From assembly GCA_964539855.1 (NCBI GenBank), contig CAZIJR010000001.1, positions 1-40,116 of the forward strand: a DNA stretch of 40,116 nt, written 5' to 3'. Positions 8,289 to 15,916 of this stretch are shown one piece after another. The first letter of the stretch is position 1; each line of letters starts with the position of its first letter. The stretch comes from an uncultured Candidatus Saccharibacteria bacterium (GTDB lineage Bacteria > Patescibacteriota > Minisyncoccia > Minisyncoccales > Staskawiczbacteraceae). Under the pieces are notes generated by a model. It was not told the origin of the DNA, did not search any database, and worked only from the letters and a program-made list of their open reading frames with translations. The position numbers and the translations under genes are program-made.

Positions 8289-9419
8289 TTATTTATAGCT
8301 TATATTTGCTCCGACTGCGTATTTTGCCAGAGGGTTTGTTGATCCCACAACCTGAAAGTGCAAATGGCACCCTGTTGGTCCAACTACGTTTCCTGTATTA
8401 CCTACTGACCCAATTCTCTCGCTACGCGTAATTTGAGCTCCTGGTTTTACATAAACATAAGAAAGATGACCATAGTAAGTAACTGTTCCATTAGAGTGCA
8501 AAATGGTCACATAATTTCCCATACCTAAATTCCACGCATTGTTAAATACAGCCCTCTGAACCACGCCAGAAGCTGCAGCATAAACAGGGGTTCCGCACTT
8601 ATTGGCAACATCAACGGCATTATAATAGTGAAGGCCTTGGGTTATTTTTCCTTCAACGGGGAATATAAAATAATTATCCGCCAACGGAATTTTGTTTACA
8701 GAAGGCGCCACTTTGGGCATTACTCCCCCAGGAACAACTAAAATATCTCCAATAAAAATATCTCCCTGATTGACAAGGTTGTTAAAGGCAATTATATCAC
8801 TTTGCTTGGATTTATAGGTTTGTGCAATCCCCGAAACAGTATCTCCTGACTTTATAATATGTAAAACCCCGTCAACCGGAAGAATTGCCAAATTCTGTCC
8901 CACTTTAATAACCGAAGGCTTTGTAAGACTATTAGCCAAAAGCAAAGTATCCACAGATATTCCGTATGAGTTTGCAATTGAGGCTAAAGTGTCTCCCGGC
9001 TGTACAGTATATTCCACAATTTCTTTGCTATTTTTGCTTTGCGTGTCGCTTCCAATTATGTCTCCCAAAACCTTTCCTGTGACAAGAGTAGGCGTGGACA
9101 CACCTGCTAGCGTATTATTTTGTATAATTTTTAAATCCGGGCTTTCTGTAGCAGCTGCACTTGCTTGGCTGGAAAATAAACTACTTGCGCTTGCTTCAAA
9201 ATTATTATTAAAAAAAGAATTAAAAAATACTACACGGCTGTTATTTAGCCCGCTTACATTAATAGAGCTTTGGCAAGATCCGCACATCAACCCAAACATA
9301 ATAAATGCGGTGAGCCCAAAATAAAAAGAAGGGTTTTTCAGCAATCCTTTTGAATGTCTTTTTTCCAACCTCCTTGCCGTACTCCTGATATATTTGGTTA
9401 ATTTTTTGGGTAAACCCAT
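8289..9419 (-). CDS. membrane-anchored LysM-domain M23 family metallopeptidase (peptidoglycan hydrolase)
   Basis: N-terminal TM segment. Two LysM repeats (YTVQPGDTLASIANSYGISVDTLLLAN and HIIKSGDTVSGIAQTY). M23 motifs HYYNAVD and GPTGCHLHFQV. Confidence 0.9.
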   Translation of the reverse strand: MGLPKKLTKYIRSTARRLEKRHSKGLLKNPSFYFGLTAFIMFGLMCGSCQSSINVSGLNNSRVVFFNSFFNNNFEASASSLFSSQASAAATESPDLKIIQNNTLAGVSTPTLVTGKVLGDIIGSDTQSKNSKEIVEYTVQPGDTLASIANSYGISVDTLLLANSLTKPSVIKVGQNLAILPVDGVLHIIKSGDTVSGIAQTYKSKQSDIIAFNNLVNQGDIFIGDILVVPGGVMPKVAPSVNKIPLADNYFIFPVEGKITQGLHYYNAVDVANKCGTPVYAAASGVVQRAVFNNAWNLGMGNYVTILHSNGTVTYYGHLSYVYVKPGAQITRSERIGSVGNTGNVVGPTGCHLHFQVVGSTNPLAKYAVGANISYK

Positions 9420-9435
9420 AATTAAAACTTAATTC

Positions 9436-9464
9436 AGTTTAGCACCGCCCAAATACAAGGTCAA
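9436..9464 (-). promoter_or_regulatory. candidate sigma70-type promoter for the M23 peptidase gene
   Basis: The minus strand reads TTGACC, a 17-nt spacer, then (TGc)TAAACT, located 17 nt upstream of the ATG at 9419. Confidence 0.45.
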
Positions 9465-9489
9465 GCTTTTTATGCACAACCTATCCACT

Positions 9490-9499
9490 GTGCTATAAT
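9490..9499 (+). promoter_or_regulatory. extended -10 promoter element GTGCTATAAT; it implies a leaderless or near-leaderless rsmA mRNA
   Basis: Same 10-mer as at 3299 and 15475. Only 8 nt separate the -10 element from the rsmA ATG at 9508. Confidence 0.5.
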
Positions 9500-9507
9500 A
9501 ATTTAAA

Positions 9508-10374
9508 ATGGAGTTAACTTCCCCTAAAATAATAAAGGAGCTTCTCTCAAAAAATGATGCAAAACCCAACAAAATTCTTGGGCAAAATTTTTTGATAGAC
9601 AAGCACATTCTTAAAAAAATTATTGACTCGGCAGACTTAAAATCAACTGACCTTATAATAGAGGTAGGCCCAGGCATTGGCACATTAACTCAAGGGCTGG
9701 CTGAAACCGCAGGCAAAATTATTGCTGTAGAAAAAGATATAAAAATGTTAAATGTTTTATCAGAAACTCTAAGTGCCTTTAAAAATATAGAAATAATAAA
9801 CGCCGACATCTTAAAAATAGATCCTAAGCTCTATACTCAAGGCCCATATAAAATAGTTGCCAACATTCCATATTATTTAACGTCCCCTTTAATTAGAATA
9901 TTTTTAGAATCTGCCAACCCACCAGAAGACATTATTTTGATGCTTCAAAAAGAAGTTGCCCAAAGAATTTGTGCAAAGCCAAATAAAATGAGCTTGTTAG
10001 CGGTGTCTGTGCAGTTTTATGCAGAGCCCAAAATTATTTCTTATGTTTCCAAAAATTGTTTTTGGCCTGCTCCAAAAGTGGATTCTGCCATAATTAGAAT
10101 CACTCCATCTTCTTCCTTGTCATTCCCGCGCAAGCGGGAATCCAGAGAACTTTTCTTTAAAATAGTAAAGGCCGGTTTTTCCCAGCCCAGAAAACAGCTG
10201 GCCGGTAATCTATCTAAATCTCTAAAAATAAAAAAAGACACTGTTGATAGGTGGCTTTTAGAAAATAACATAAAACCCACACAGCGCGCTGAAACGCTAT
10301 CGGTGGGCGACTGGCAAAACCTAACAAAATCCCTCCCGAAAGCCGGGCTTTCGGGAAATAAAATATGCCGATAA
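9508..10374 (+). CDS. rsmA: 16S rRNA (adenine1518/1519-N6)-dimethyltransferase
   Basis: LGQNFLID, EVGPGIGTLT (SAM motif I), NIPYY and PKVDS motifs. The C-terminal 13 aa are encoded by the REP-like palindrome. Confidence 0.93.
   Translation: MELTSPKIIKELLSKNDAKPNKILGQNFLIDKHILKKIIDSADLKSTDLIIEVGPGIGTLTQGLAETAGKIIAVEKDIKMLNVLSETLSAFKNIEIINADILKIDPKLYTQGPYKIVANIPYYLTSPLIRIFLESANPPEDIILMLQKEVAQRICAKPNKMSLLAVSVQFYAEPKIISYVSKNCFWPAPKVDSAIIRITPSSSLSFPRKRESRELFFKIVKAGFSQPRKQLAGNLSKSLKIKKDTVDRWLLENNIKPTQRAETLSVGDWQNLTKSLPKAGLSGNKICR
10119..10145 (+). repeat. 27-nt hairpin repeat inserted in frame in rsmA
   Basis: GTCATTCCCGCGCAAGCGGGAATCCAG: an 8-bp stem with a GCAA loop, encoding SFPRKRES. A second copy lies at 39974..40000. 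Confidence 0.8.
10334..10356. repeat. REP-like 23-nt perfect palindrome (left flank of the RAYT-like gene)
   Basis: TCCCGAAAGCC-G-GGCTTTCGGGA, identical to the copy at 11094..11116. Confidence 0.85.
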
Positions 10375-11093
10375 GAAAAATACAATTTGTGCCAGCTGAA
10401 TTTTATCATATTTTTAACCGTGGCAACGGTAAGCAGAATATTTTTTACCATGACAAAGACAGATATAGATTTCTTCAAGCAATTTATCTATCAAATAATG
10501 TTAATACCTTTCTAGGCATTGAGGAATTAGAAAGAGGTAAAAGTGGCTATGCCCTTGCTGACATCAAAAATATCCTCGAAACAAACATGATTCCCCACGA
10601 TCCATTAGTTAGGATTTGTGCAGACTGTTTAATGCCGAATCATTATCATTTTTTAATTCAAGAAATAAAAGAAGGTGGCATTAGTAAATTTATGCAAAGA
10701 CTGGGCACTAGTTATGCAAAATATTTTGTCACAAAACATAAACGTCCAGGAAGTTTATTTCAGGGACGATTTAAGGCGACACACATAGAAAACGATGACC
10801 AACTAAAATACTTATTGGCCTACGTTAATGCCATTAACCCTGCGCAGCTTGTTGAGCCGAATCTAAAGGAAAGAGGAATTAAAAATCTTAAAAAAGCTTT
10901 AGACCAAGTTAATAATTATAAATGGAGTACCCATTTTGAATTTATGGGAAAAAGAGAATCAATTCTTATAGATAAGGGGTTATTAGGAGAAAATTATCCG
11001 AACGCAAAAATCTATTACGCGTTTATAAAAGATGTATTACAGGGGAAAGAAAATAAAATGTGGACAACAATAGAAAAATTAGCACTTGAATAA
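10365..11093 (+). CDS. IS200/IS605-like HUH (Y1) transposase, REP-associated tyrosine transposase (RAYT)-like
   Basis: HUH motif in CLMPNHYHFLIQ. Also ...GSLFQGRFKA... and a Tyr motif in LKYLLAYVNAINP, as in the TnpA(REP)/IS200 family. Confidence 0.8.
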   Translation: MPIRKIQFVPAEFYHIFNRGNGKQNIFYHDKDRYRFLQAIYLSNNVNTFLGIEELERGKSGYALADIKNILETNMIPHDPLVRICADCLMPNHYHFLIQEIKEGGISKFMQRLGTSYAKYFVTKHKRPGSLFQGRFKATHIENDDQLKYLLAYVNAINPAQLVEPNLKERGIKNLKKALDQVNNYKWSTHFEFMGKRESILIDKGLLGENYPNAKIYYAFIKDVLQGKENKMWTTIEKLALE

Positions 11094-11132
11094 TCCCGAA
11101 AGCCGGGCTTTCGGGAAGAAGGGCTTTCGGGA
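11094..11132. repeat. REP-like 23-nt palindrome plus an extra half-repeat (right flank)
   Basis: tcccgaaagccgggctttcggga-agaa-gggctttcggga. Confidence 0.85.
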
Positions 11133-11182
11133 GGAATAAAAAGTTTTCCACAGTTGACCCATAACGCTTAACCTTTCGCTTA

Positions 11183-11191
11183 TGGTATAAT
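11183..11191 (+). promoter_or_regulatory. extended -10 element TGGTATAAT upstream of the T4SS-like cluster
   Basis: TGnTATAAT located 44 nt upstream of the 11236 ATG. Confidence 0.4.
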
Positions 11192-11235
11192 ATAAGAATT
11201 TAAATTAATTTTATTTACAAAATAACAAAACTGCT

Positions 11236-11544
11236 ATGGCTGAAGGCAACCTTACTGGACCAGAAGGAATATTGATGTTGTGTGTGGCTGGAATATTAGA
11301 TGGTATAGGCCTTATCCTTTTTTGCCTCTCTTGGCTAGGAATAGACGACTATGCCATATTAGACGTTTTGGGAATGCTTATAATAGGCGGGTGGATGTTT
11401 TTTAGGGGTGGCGGACTAAACGAAAAAATTATCAAAAGAGGCCTAAGAAGGTTTGGAATAGCCACCGTTGTAGAACTAGTACCATTTTTAGGCGGCATTG
11501 CCCCCTCTTGGACCATACTCGTCTGGAAAGAGCTTAAAGATTAG
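11236..11544 (+). CDS. small integral membrane protein (3 predicted TM segments), first gene of the T4SS-like cluster
   Basis: 102 aa with hydrophobic segments ILMLCVAGILDGIGLILFCL, VLGMLIIGGWMFF and VELVPFLGGIAPSWTILVW. No family recognised. Confidence 0.6.
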   Translation: MAEGNLTGPEGILMLCVAGILDGIGLILFCLSWLGIDDYAILDVLGMLIIGGWMFFRGGGLNEKIIKRGLRRFGIATVVELVPFLGGIAPSWTILVWKELKD

Positions 11545-11556
11545 CTTTATAAAAGT

Positions 11557-13503
11557 ATGTTAAATTATTTTTTAAAAATCCTCAAAAACAAAAAAATACT
11601 ATTTTTTGTCTTTTTGTCTATTGTCATTTTTTGTTTTGGTTTTTTTTCAACATCAATTCAAAAAGTGCATGCAGTTAGTGGAGGTGATCCATCGCAGTAT
11701 GATGCTTGCGAGCGAGGCTGTCATACAAATTATACGGGGGATGAACTGGACGATTGCATTTCGGCTTGTATGTGGGAACTTGGGCACCAAACAGACAGTT
11801 TTACAAAAATATTGGGAGAGGAGTTGGCGCGAGAGTATGGAAAAATGGCCGAGGTGATGGCTGTTCCATTTGCTACTTTTGTTTTTGCGATAGGGGCCGT
11901 TATTATCAGTATAGGAGGATCGCTTTCTGTACTAGCTTCTACTATTTTGGTAACAGTGCTTGGTATGCTTGACAGTGTAGGTTGTTATACATGTATGACT
12001 AATACTGCTGTGGCAGCGGGTTGGCCCATGGTTAGAGACTTGGCCAACATGTTTGTAGTACTGGGGTTTGTGGTTATAGGATTAGCTACTATATTAAGAT
12101 TTAGAGAATATGAGGCAAAAAAACTTCTACCAAAACTAATAATAGTTGCTCTTTTGATAAATTTTTCACTCCCCATTTGCGGTATATTTATTGACGCTTC
12201 AAATATAACTGCAAAATATTTTTTAAAAAGCGGAGGGTTTTTTGCAAACAGTTGGGGGCAAACATTGGACGGCCAATTAAAGATACTCTTTAACGCCTGG
12301 AAAATTGACGATTACATTAAGGCCTCTATACAATTATTAGGTTCAATAGGGGGTATAACATTTTATAATATAATGGCTATGGTAATTTTTTTACTTTATG
12401 CCTTTTTGTATATTTTTAGAATTATTGCTCTTTGGATATTAGTTATTTTATCTCCGTTGGCCTTTGTTTTTTATGTTTTTCCGTTTACAAAAAAGTTTTT
12501 TGATATGTGGTGGAGCAACTTTTTGGGATGGTGTATTATTATTGTTCCTATATCCTTTTTTGTTTGGATAGCTGATAAAATAATGGCGGGTATAGTCCTC
12601 ACAAGTACAACCCCCGGCGAACCCCCGAGCTTTTTCAGTTATTTAATCCCTGGGTCATTTATGATAATCGGATTTCTTTTTTCAATACGAATGTCAGCGA
12701 TGGGAGCGAGCGCTGCGGTTGGGGCGGCAAAATGGACTGGCGGCAAAATCACCGGCGCCACTGGAGGAACTCTAAAAGGATTAGCTAATACAAGAGCTGG
12801 ACAAAAAATTAGCAGGGGAGCTGTGCTGGCAGGTGAAAAAATGGGTCTTGTTGCGCCAGGCACAACCAACTTGATGAAGCAAAAACATATGAAAGAACAC
12901 GAAAGCGAAAAGAGGGTTTCCACCCTGCCAGACGACCAAGTGATGAAAGGCGGATTTACGGGCAGAACACCTATAAGCAAGAGGGGGAGGAACGACAAAT
13001 TTGAATTTATAAAACAATCTGTTGAAAGTGGCAAAGCAGGAGAATGGCTGAACAAGGGTGAAATTACCCAAGATCAGTATGATAAAGGAGTAGCATACTA
13101 CAAATCACACGGTGGTCCAATAGGCGCGCTGGCTGAAAAAGATTACCGCGTAGCGGGACACGGAGCAGCTAATCCAACAATTGCCCAAACAAAAAAAAAT
13201 GTACAATTTTCAGAAAATCTTTCAAAAGGTATGTCTGGCAAACAGCTTAGGGGCATAAGCGCAGATGATATGGATAGAGCGCTTAATCCTGATATGCACG
13301 ATATAATTAAAGAACAGTTCACTCCAAATACCGCGAAACAATTTAAAACTTCTGATCCAACATTAAAAACTGCTTTGAGAACCCACCTTGGGGCAGTTGG
13401 CACGGCCGGAACGCTGGCAAACGACATTCATATAGCAACCGATCCGAAAGAAAAGGCTAAGCTCCAAAAAGTATATGATGCACTAGACAAAGCAACTATT
13501 TAA
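11557..13503 (+). CDS. VirB6/TrbL-like polytopic membrane protein with a roughly 250-aa soluble C-terminal extension
   Basis: Signal/anchor segment plus a 4-Cys segment, then about 7-8 TM helices. ILSPLAFVFYVFPFTKKFFDMWWSNFLGWCIII resembles the conserved TrbL/VirB6 core (xPlxxxxxxFxxTxxxFxxW). Confidence 0.55.
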   Translation: MLNYFLKILKNKKILFFVFLSIVIFCFGFFSTSIQKVHAVSGGDPSQYDACERGCHTNYTGDELDDCISACMWELGHQTDSFTKILGEELAREYGKMAEVMAVPFATFVFAIGAVIISIGGSLSVLASTILVTVLGMLDSVGCYTCMTNTAVAAGWPMVRDLANMFVVLGFVVIGLATILRFREYEAKKLLPKLIIVALLINFSLPICGIFIDASNITAKYFLKSGGFFANSWGQTLDGQLKILFNAWKIDDYIKASIQLLGSIGGITFYNIMAMVIFLLYAFLYIFRIIALWILVILSPLAFVFYVFPFTKKFFDMWWSNFLGWCIIIVPISFFVWIADKIMAGIVLTSTTPGEPPSFFSYLIPGSFMIIGFLFSIRMSAMGASAAVGAAKWTGGKITGATGGTLKGLANTRAGQKISRGAVLAGEKMGLVAPGTTNLMKQKHMKEHESEKRVSTLPDDQVMKGGFTGRTPISKRGRNDKFEFIKQSVESGKAGEWLNKGEITQDQYDKGVAYYKSHGGPIGALAEKDYRVAGHGAANPTIAQTKKNVQFSENLSKGMSGKQLRGISADDMDRALNPDMHDIIKEQFTPNTAKQFKTSDPTLKTALRTHLGAVGTAGTLANDIHIATDPKEKAKLQKVYDALDKATI

Positions 13504-13519
13504 AAATAATTACAAACCC

Positions 13520-14113
13520 ATGGAAGAACAAAAAAATAACATCCGCGTTCTTTTATCAGATAAGGCAGAACTTATTCTTGGCGAAATACTAAAGAATTTT
13601 GGTTTGGAAGATAAAAATGTTATTGTGGACCGCATTATAAAAAACTTTGCGCGGGAAAACCTATCTGAGAATAGCCTAGTTAACTCTCTGCAAAAGGACT
13701 TGGAAGTCACCCAGCAAATGGCCACTGATGTTGCAAAAGAACTTATAAGCAAAGTTATGCCGTTATTAGAAAAATATCCGGAAGAAAAATTTAGCGACCC
13801 TGTTTTTAGAGAGCAGGTTTCAGAAAAACTTTTTGGTCCTGAAAAAAAGGAAAATAAAACCAAACCAGAAGACATTTTTTCTAAAATAAAAACGCCGATA
13901 GGCGTGGAAAATGCCTTGCAGAAAAAACAATCAAATCCTCCTGAAGCAAAGACTATAGAATCTCCGCAAGACGAAAAGATTGTTGCTCCTGCGCCAAAAA
14001 GAAAATCGCGATTGCCACGTAAGCCAGCTACTAAAACTACTAAAGAATCCGTGTCAGAACAACCCAAAAAACAAAACAGTGGGCCAGACAAATATAGGGA
14101 ACCCATAGGATAA
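13520..14113 (+). CDS. hypothetical protein with a K/E/P-rich, probably disordered C-terminal half
   Basis: 197-aa ORF. The overlapping antisense ORF 13510..14148 is S/F-rich shadow and runs through the terminator hairpin. Confidence 0.6.
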   Translation: MEEQKNNIRVLLSDKAELILGEILKNFGLEDKNVIVDRIIKNFARENLSENSLVNSLQKDLEVTQQMATDVAKELISKVMPLLEKYPEEKFSDPVFREQVSEKLFGPEKKENKTKPEDIFSKIKTPIGVENALQKKQSNPPEAKTIESPQDEKIVAPAPKRKSRLPRKPATKTTKESVSEQPKKQNSGPDKYREPIG

Positions 14114-14130
14114 TAATTTTTTGTAAATAA

Positions 14131-14166
14131 AGAGGGGAGTGGTCTCATGTGAGACCACTCCCCTTT
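14131..14166. terminator. long bidirectional terminator hairpin between convergent genes
   Basis: agaGGGGAGTGGTCTCa-tg-tGAGACCACTCCCCttt: a stem of about 15-17 bp (the two innermost pairs close a 2-nt turn and probably stay open), with T-rich runs on both strands. Confidence 0.8.
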
Positions 14167-14186
14167 ATTTTGCCATCCTCGATGGC

Positions 14187-15347
14187 CTATTTGCCCTGCT
14201 TAAAAGCAGCGAGAACATCTTTGCCCAAGCCTGTCGAAGCGCCAATCACCTCTATTACAGACTTATTAACCTTACCGCGCTCCGTCTGAACCAGCCGAAT
14301 CGCTTCCTCAATCGACATTTCCTTGTGACGTTCACGTAGCTCAGCAATTCGGTCAGAGACGTTTTTTAGTTCGGTAATGTCAGCTTCTTGCTCATTCCGC
14401 TCTTTTTCTGCCTTGTCAGCGGCCTCTGCAACAGAGCCTCCCACCATCAGTTCGTTAACAGTAAACTGATGTATGGTAATCCCTAAGGACGGATGTCCAA
14501 AATTGGCCGTACCTTCTCGCAGATTTTTGATGTCTTGCCTCCTTTTCTCAATTTGTTTTTCCAGCTCCTCTTTTTCAGCATCAGAGTAAGCATTAAAAAT
14601 GGCCATTAATCCATCCCAGTTTGCTTTGCCGTCGGGGTCCTTAGAAACCCATTCTGAGTGCTTAATATCATAAACAGCAGGCTCCGACTGTGGTTTGTCA
14701 AAAAACCGCATCCATGTGCTCGTGGGAATCGGGCTTCTTTTTCCCTTAACCGTAACATCTGGCAAAACAGTCCCCAAAAGCGCCTTTGCCAACACTGCGT
14801 GGGCGCTATCCCGCAAGCTCTGAGCCTCTTCCCAATTTGCAGGCCCTTCTTTGTTGGAGCTGGCCCAGGTTTTGATTCGGTCTTCAATCACGTTGCGCAT
14901 GATTTTTTTGACTCCCACTTCTCCGCCACAGTTCAAATACATAAGATATGAACTTGGCTCCTCGGCAATCCCAGGCGTCCATGTAACACTAGATGTCATT
15001 GTGACAAGCGCTCGATCTGGTGTCCTGACTTCTTGCCGAGGAATCTCATCGCTTACTTTCTCAGTTTTGATGAGAATAAAGTCAAAAACAAAGGGACGAA
15101 GTGGAAAAAAATTCCATCCTTCTTTCAGGACAACTTCTTGCCTTCTCCCTAAAAATGTCAACAAGCCTTTGTGAATCGGGTCTGCGGGAATTTTATTAAG
15201 GCCGTTGACCACAAACAAGGCTCCAAGCGAAATTGCCATGGCCAACATTAGCCATAAACTGCCCGCGCTGAAAAAGCTTGAAACCAACACAATCACTATC
15301 AAAACCAGCTCTGTACAAAGAATTCTCATAGTGCACCATCCTTTCAA
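14187..15347 (-). CDS. SPFH/band 7 (prohibitin/flotillin-like) domain membrane protein; the probable true start is the ATG at 15329
   Basis: N-terminal TM segments, then IPADPIHKGLLTFLGRRQEVVLKEGWNFFPLRPF...EVRTPDRALVTMTSSVTW, the SPFH pattern, and a coiled-coil C-terminus. The track ORF begins with TTG at 15347. The ATG at 15329 has AAAGGA 9 nt upstream. Confidence 0.7.
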   Translation of the reverse strand: MKGWCTMRILCTELVLIVIVLVSSFFSAGSLWLMLAMAISLGALFVVNGLNKIPADPIHKGLLTFLGRRQEVVLKEGWNFFPLRPFVFDFILIKTEKVSDEIPRQEVRTPDRALVTMTSSVTWTPGIAEEPSSYLMYLNCGGEVGVKKIMRNVIEDRIKTWASSNKEGPANWEEAQSLRDSAHAVLAKALLGTVLPDVTVKGKRSPIPTSTWMRFFDKPQSEPAVYDIKHSEWVSKDPDGKANWDGLMAIFNAYSDAEKEELEKQIEKRRQDIKNLREGTANFGHPSLGITIHQFTVNELMVGGSVAEAADKAEKERNEQEADITELKNVSDRIAELRERHKEMSIEEAIRLVQTERGKVNKSVIEVIGASTGLGKDVLAAFKQGK

Positions 15348-15474
15348 ATTAGAAAACGGTTAGTTAATGGCCCGGAATGAGCCATATTTGGCAATGTGCC
15401 CTATTATTAATCATATCATATTTTAAGACATATGTCAAGATGTTAAAAACTCTTGTTTTTCTGTATTTTTATAC

Positions 15475-15484
15475 GTGCTATAAT
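15475..15484 (+). promoter_or_regulatory. extended -10 promoter element GTGCTATAAT for the virB3/virB4-like operon
   Basis: Third copy of the identical 10-mer, 21 nt upstream of the 15506 ATG. Confidence 0.5.
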
Positions 15485-15505
15485 AAATGAATTTAATATC
15501 AAAAC

Positions 15506-15913
15506 ATGGAAAGATATCCTATACCACAGTTTATTGAACAAGAAGGAAAAATTGCTTTCTTTATTTCCTTCAGACAATTTTTTTACCTTGTTGGGGCAGG
15601 AGTGGTTTGTTTTCTATTATATTACGTTTTGCCGTTTTTCCTTTTTGTTGTCATAAGCATTGCAATTTTTGGAGGAGCTGTTGCTTTGGCTTTTGTGACT
15701 ATAAATGGAGTCCCCGTACTAAATATGATTTTGGGTTCTATAGGTTTTGCAGTGGGAGGTAAAAATTACACATGGAAAAAGAAAGAATCTCCTTATCCTT
15801 TCAAACCTATATCCAGAACTAAAATAAAAAAATTAGATCAAGGTCCTGTTTTACAAGCGCAGAAAAGCCAGCTGAGAAAAATGCAAACAAAAGTTGAAAC
15901 ACAAGAAAAATAA
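15506..15913 (+). CDS. PrgI-family / VirB3-like small membrane protein
   Basis: N-terminal ...IPQFIEQEGKIAFFISFRQFFYLVGAGVV... followed by two TM helices, located immediately upstream of the VirB4 homolog as in Gram-positive T4SS loci. Confidence 0.55.
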   Translation: MERYPIPQFIEQEGKIAFFISFRQFFYLVGAGVVCFLLYYVLPFFLFVVISIAIFGGAVALAFVTINGVPVLNMILGSIGFAVGGKNYTWKKKESPYPFKPISRTKIKKLDQGPVLQAQKSQLRKMQTKVETQEK

Positions 15914-15916
15914 ATT

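Larger units (their letters stand above)
10334..11132 (+). mobile_element. REP - RAYT-like gene - REP unit
   Basis: Identical 23-nt palindromes sit 8 nt before the ATG and directly after the stop codon. The right copy is followed by an extra half-repeat, gggctttcggga (11121..11132). Confidence 0.65.

Noticed and set aside
10041-10478. 145-aa minus-strand ORF containing ...LDSRLRGNDKEE...
   Set aside because: It is antisense to rsmA and to the RAYT start. The RGNDK-type peptide is only the reverse-frame reading of the 27-nt hairpin repeat.
11144-11152. DnaA-box-like TTTTCCACA downstream of the RAYT-like gene
   Set aside because: It is a single one-mismatch 9-mer far from dnaA, with no partner boxes or AT-rich unwinding tract. 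It is most likely chance.
13510-14148. 212-aa minus-strand ORF nearly coextensive with 13520..14113 (+)
   Set aside because: Its S/F/G-rich low-complexity sequence is the complement of a K/E-rich gene. It spans the terminator hairpin at 14131..14166. The plus-strand ORF has normal protein-like composition and follows the cluster's orientation.
15427-15436. 10-bp perfect palindrome GACATATGTC upstream of the virB3/virB4-like operon, considered as a possible operator
   Set aside because: It is a single short palindrome with no second site and no nearby regulator gene. The evidence is insufficient to call it a binding site.
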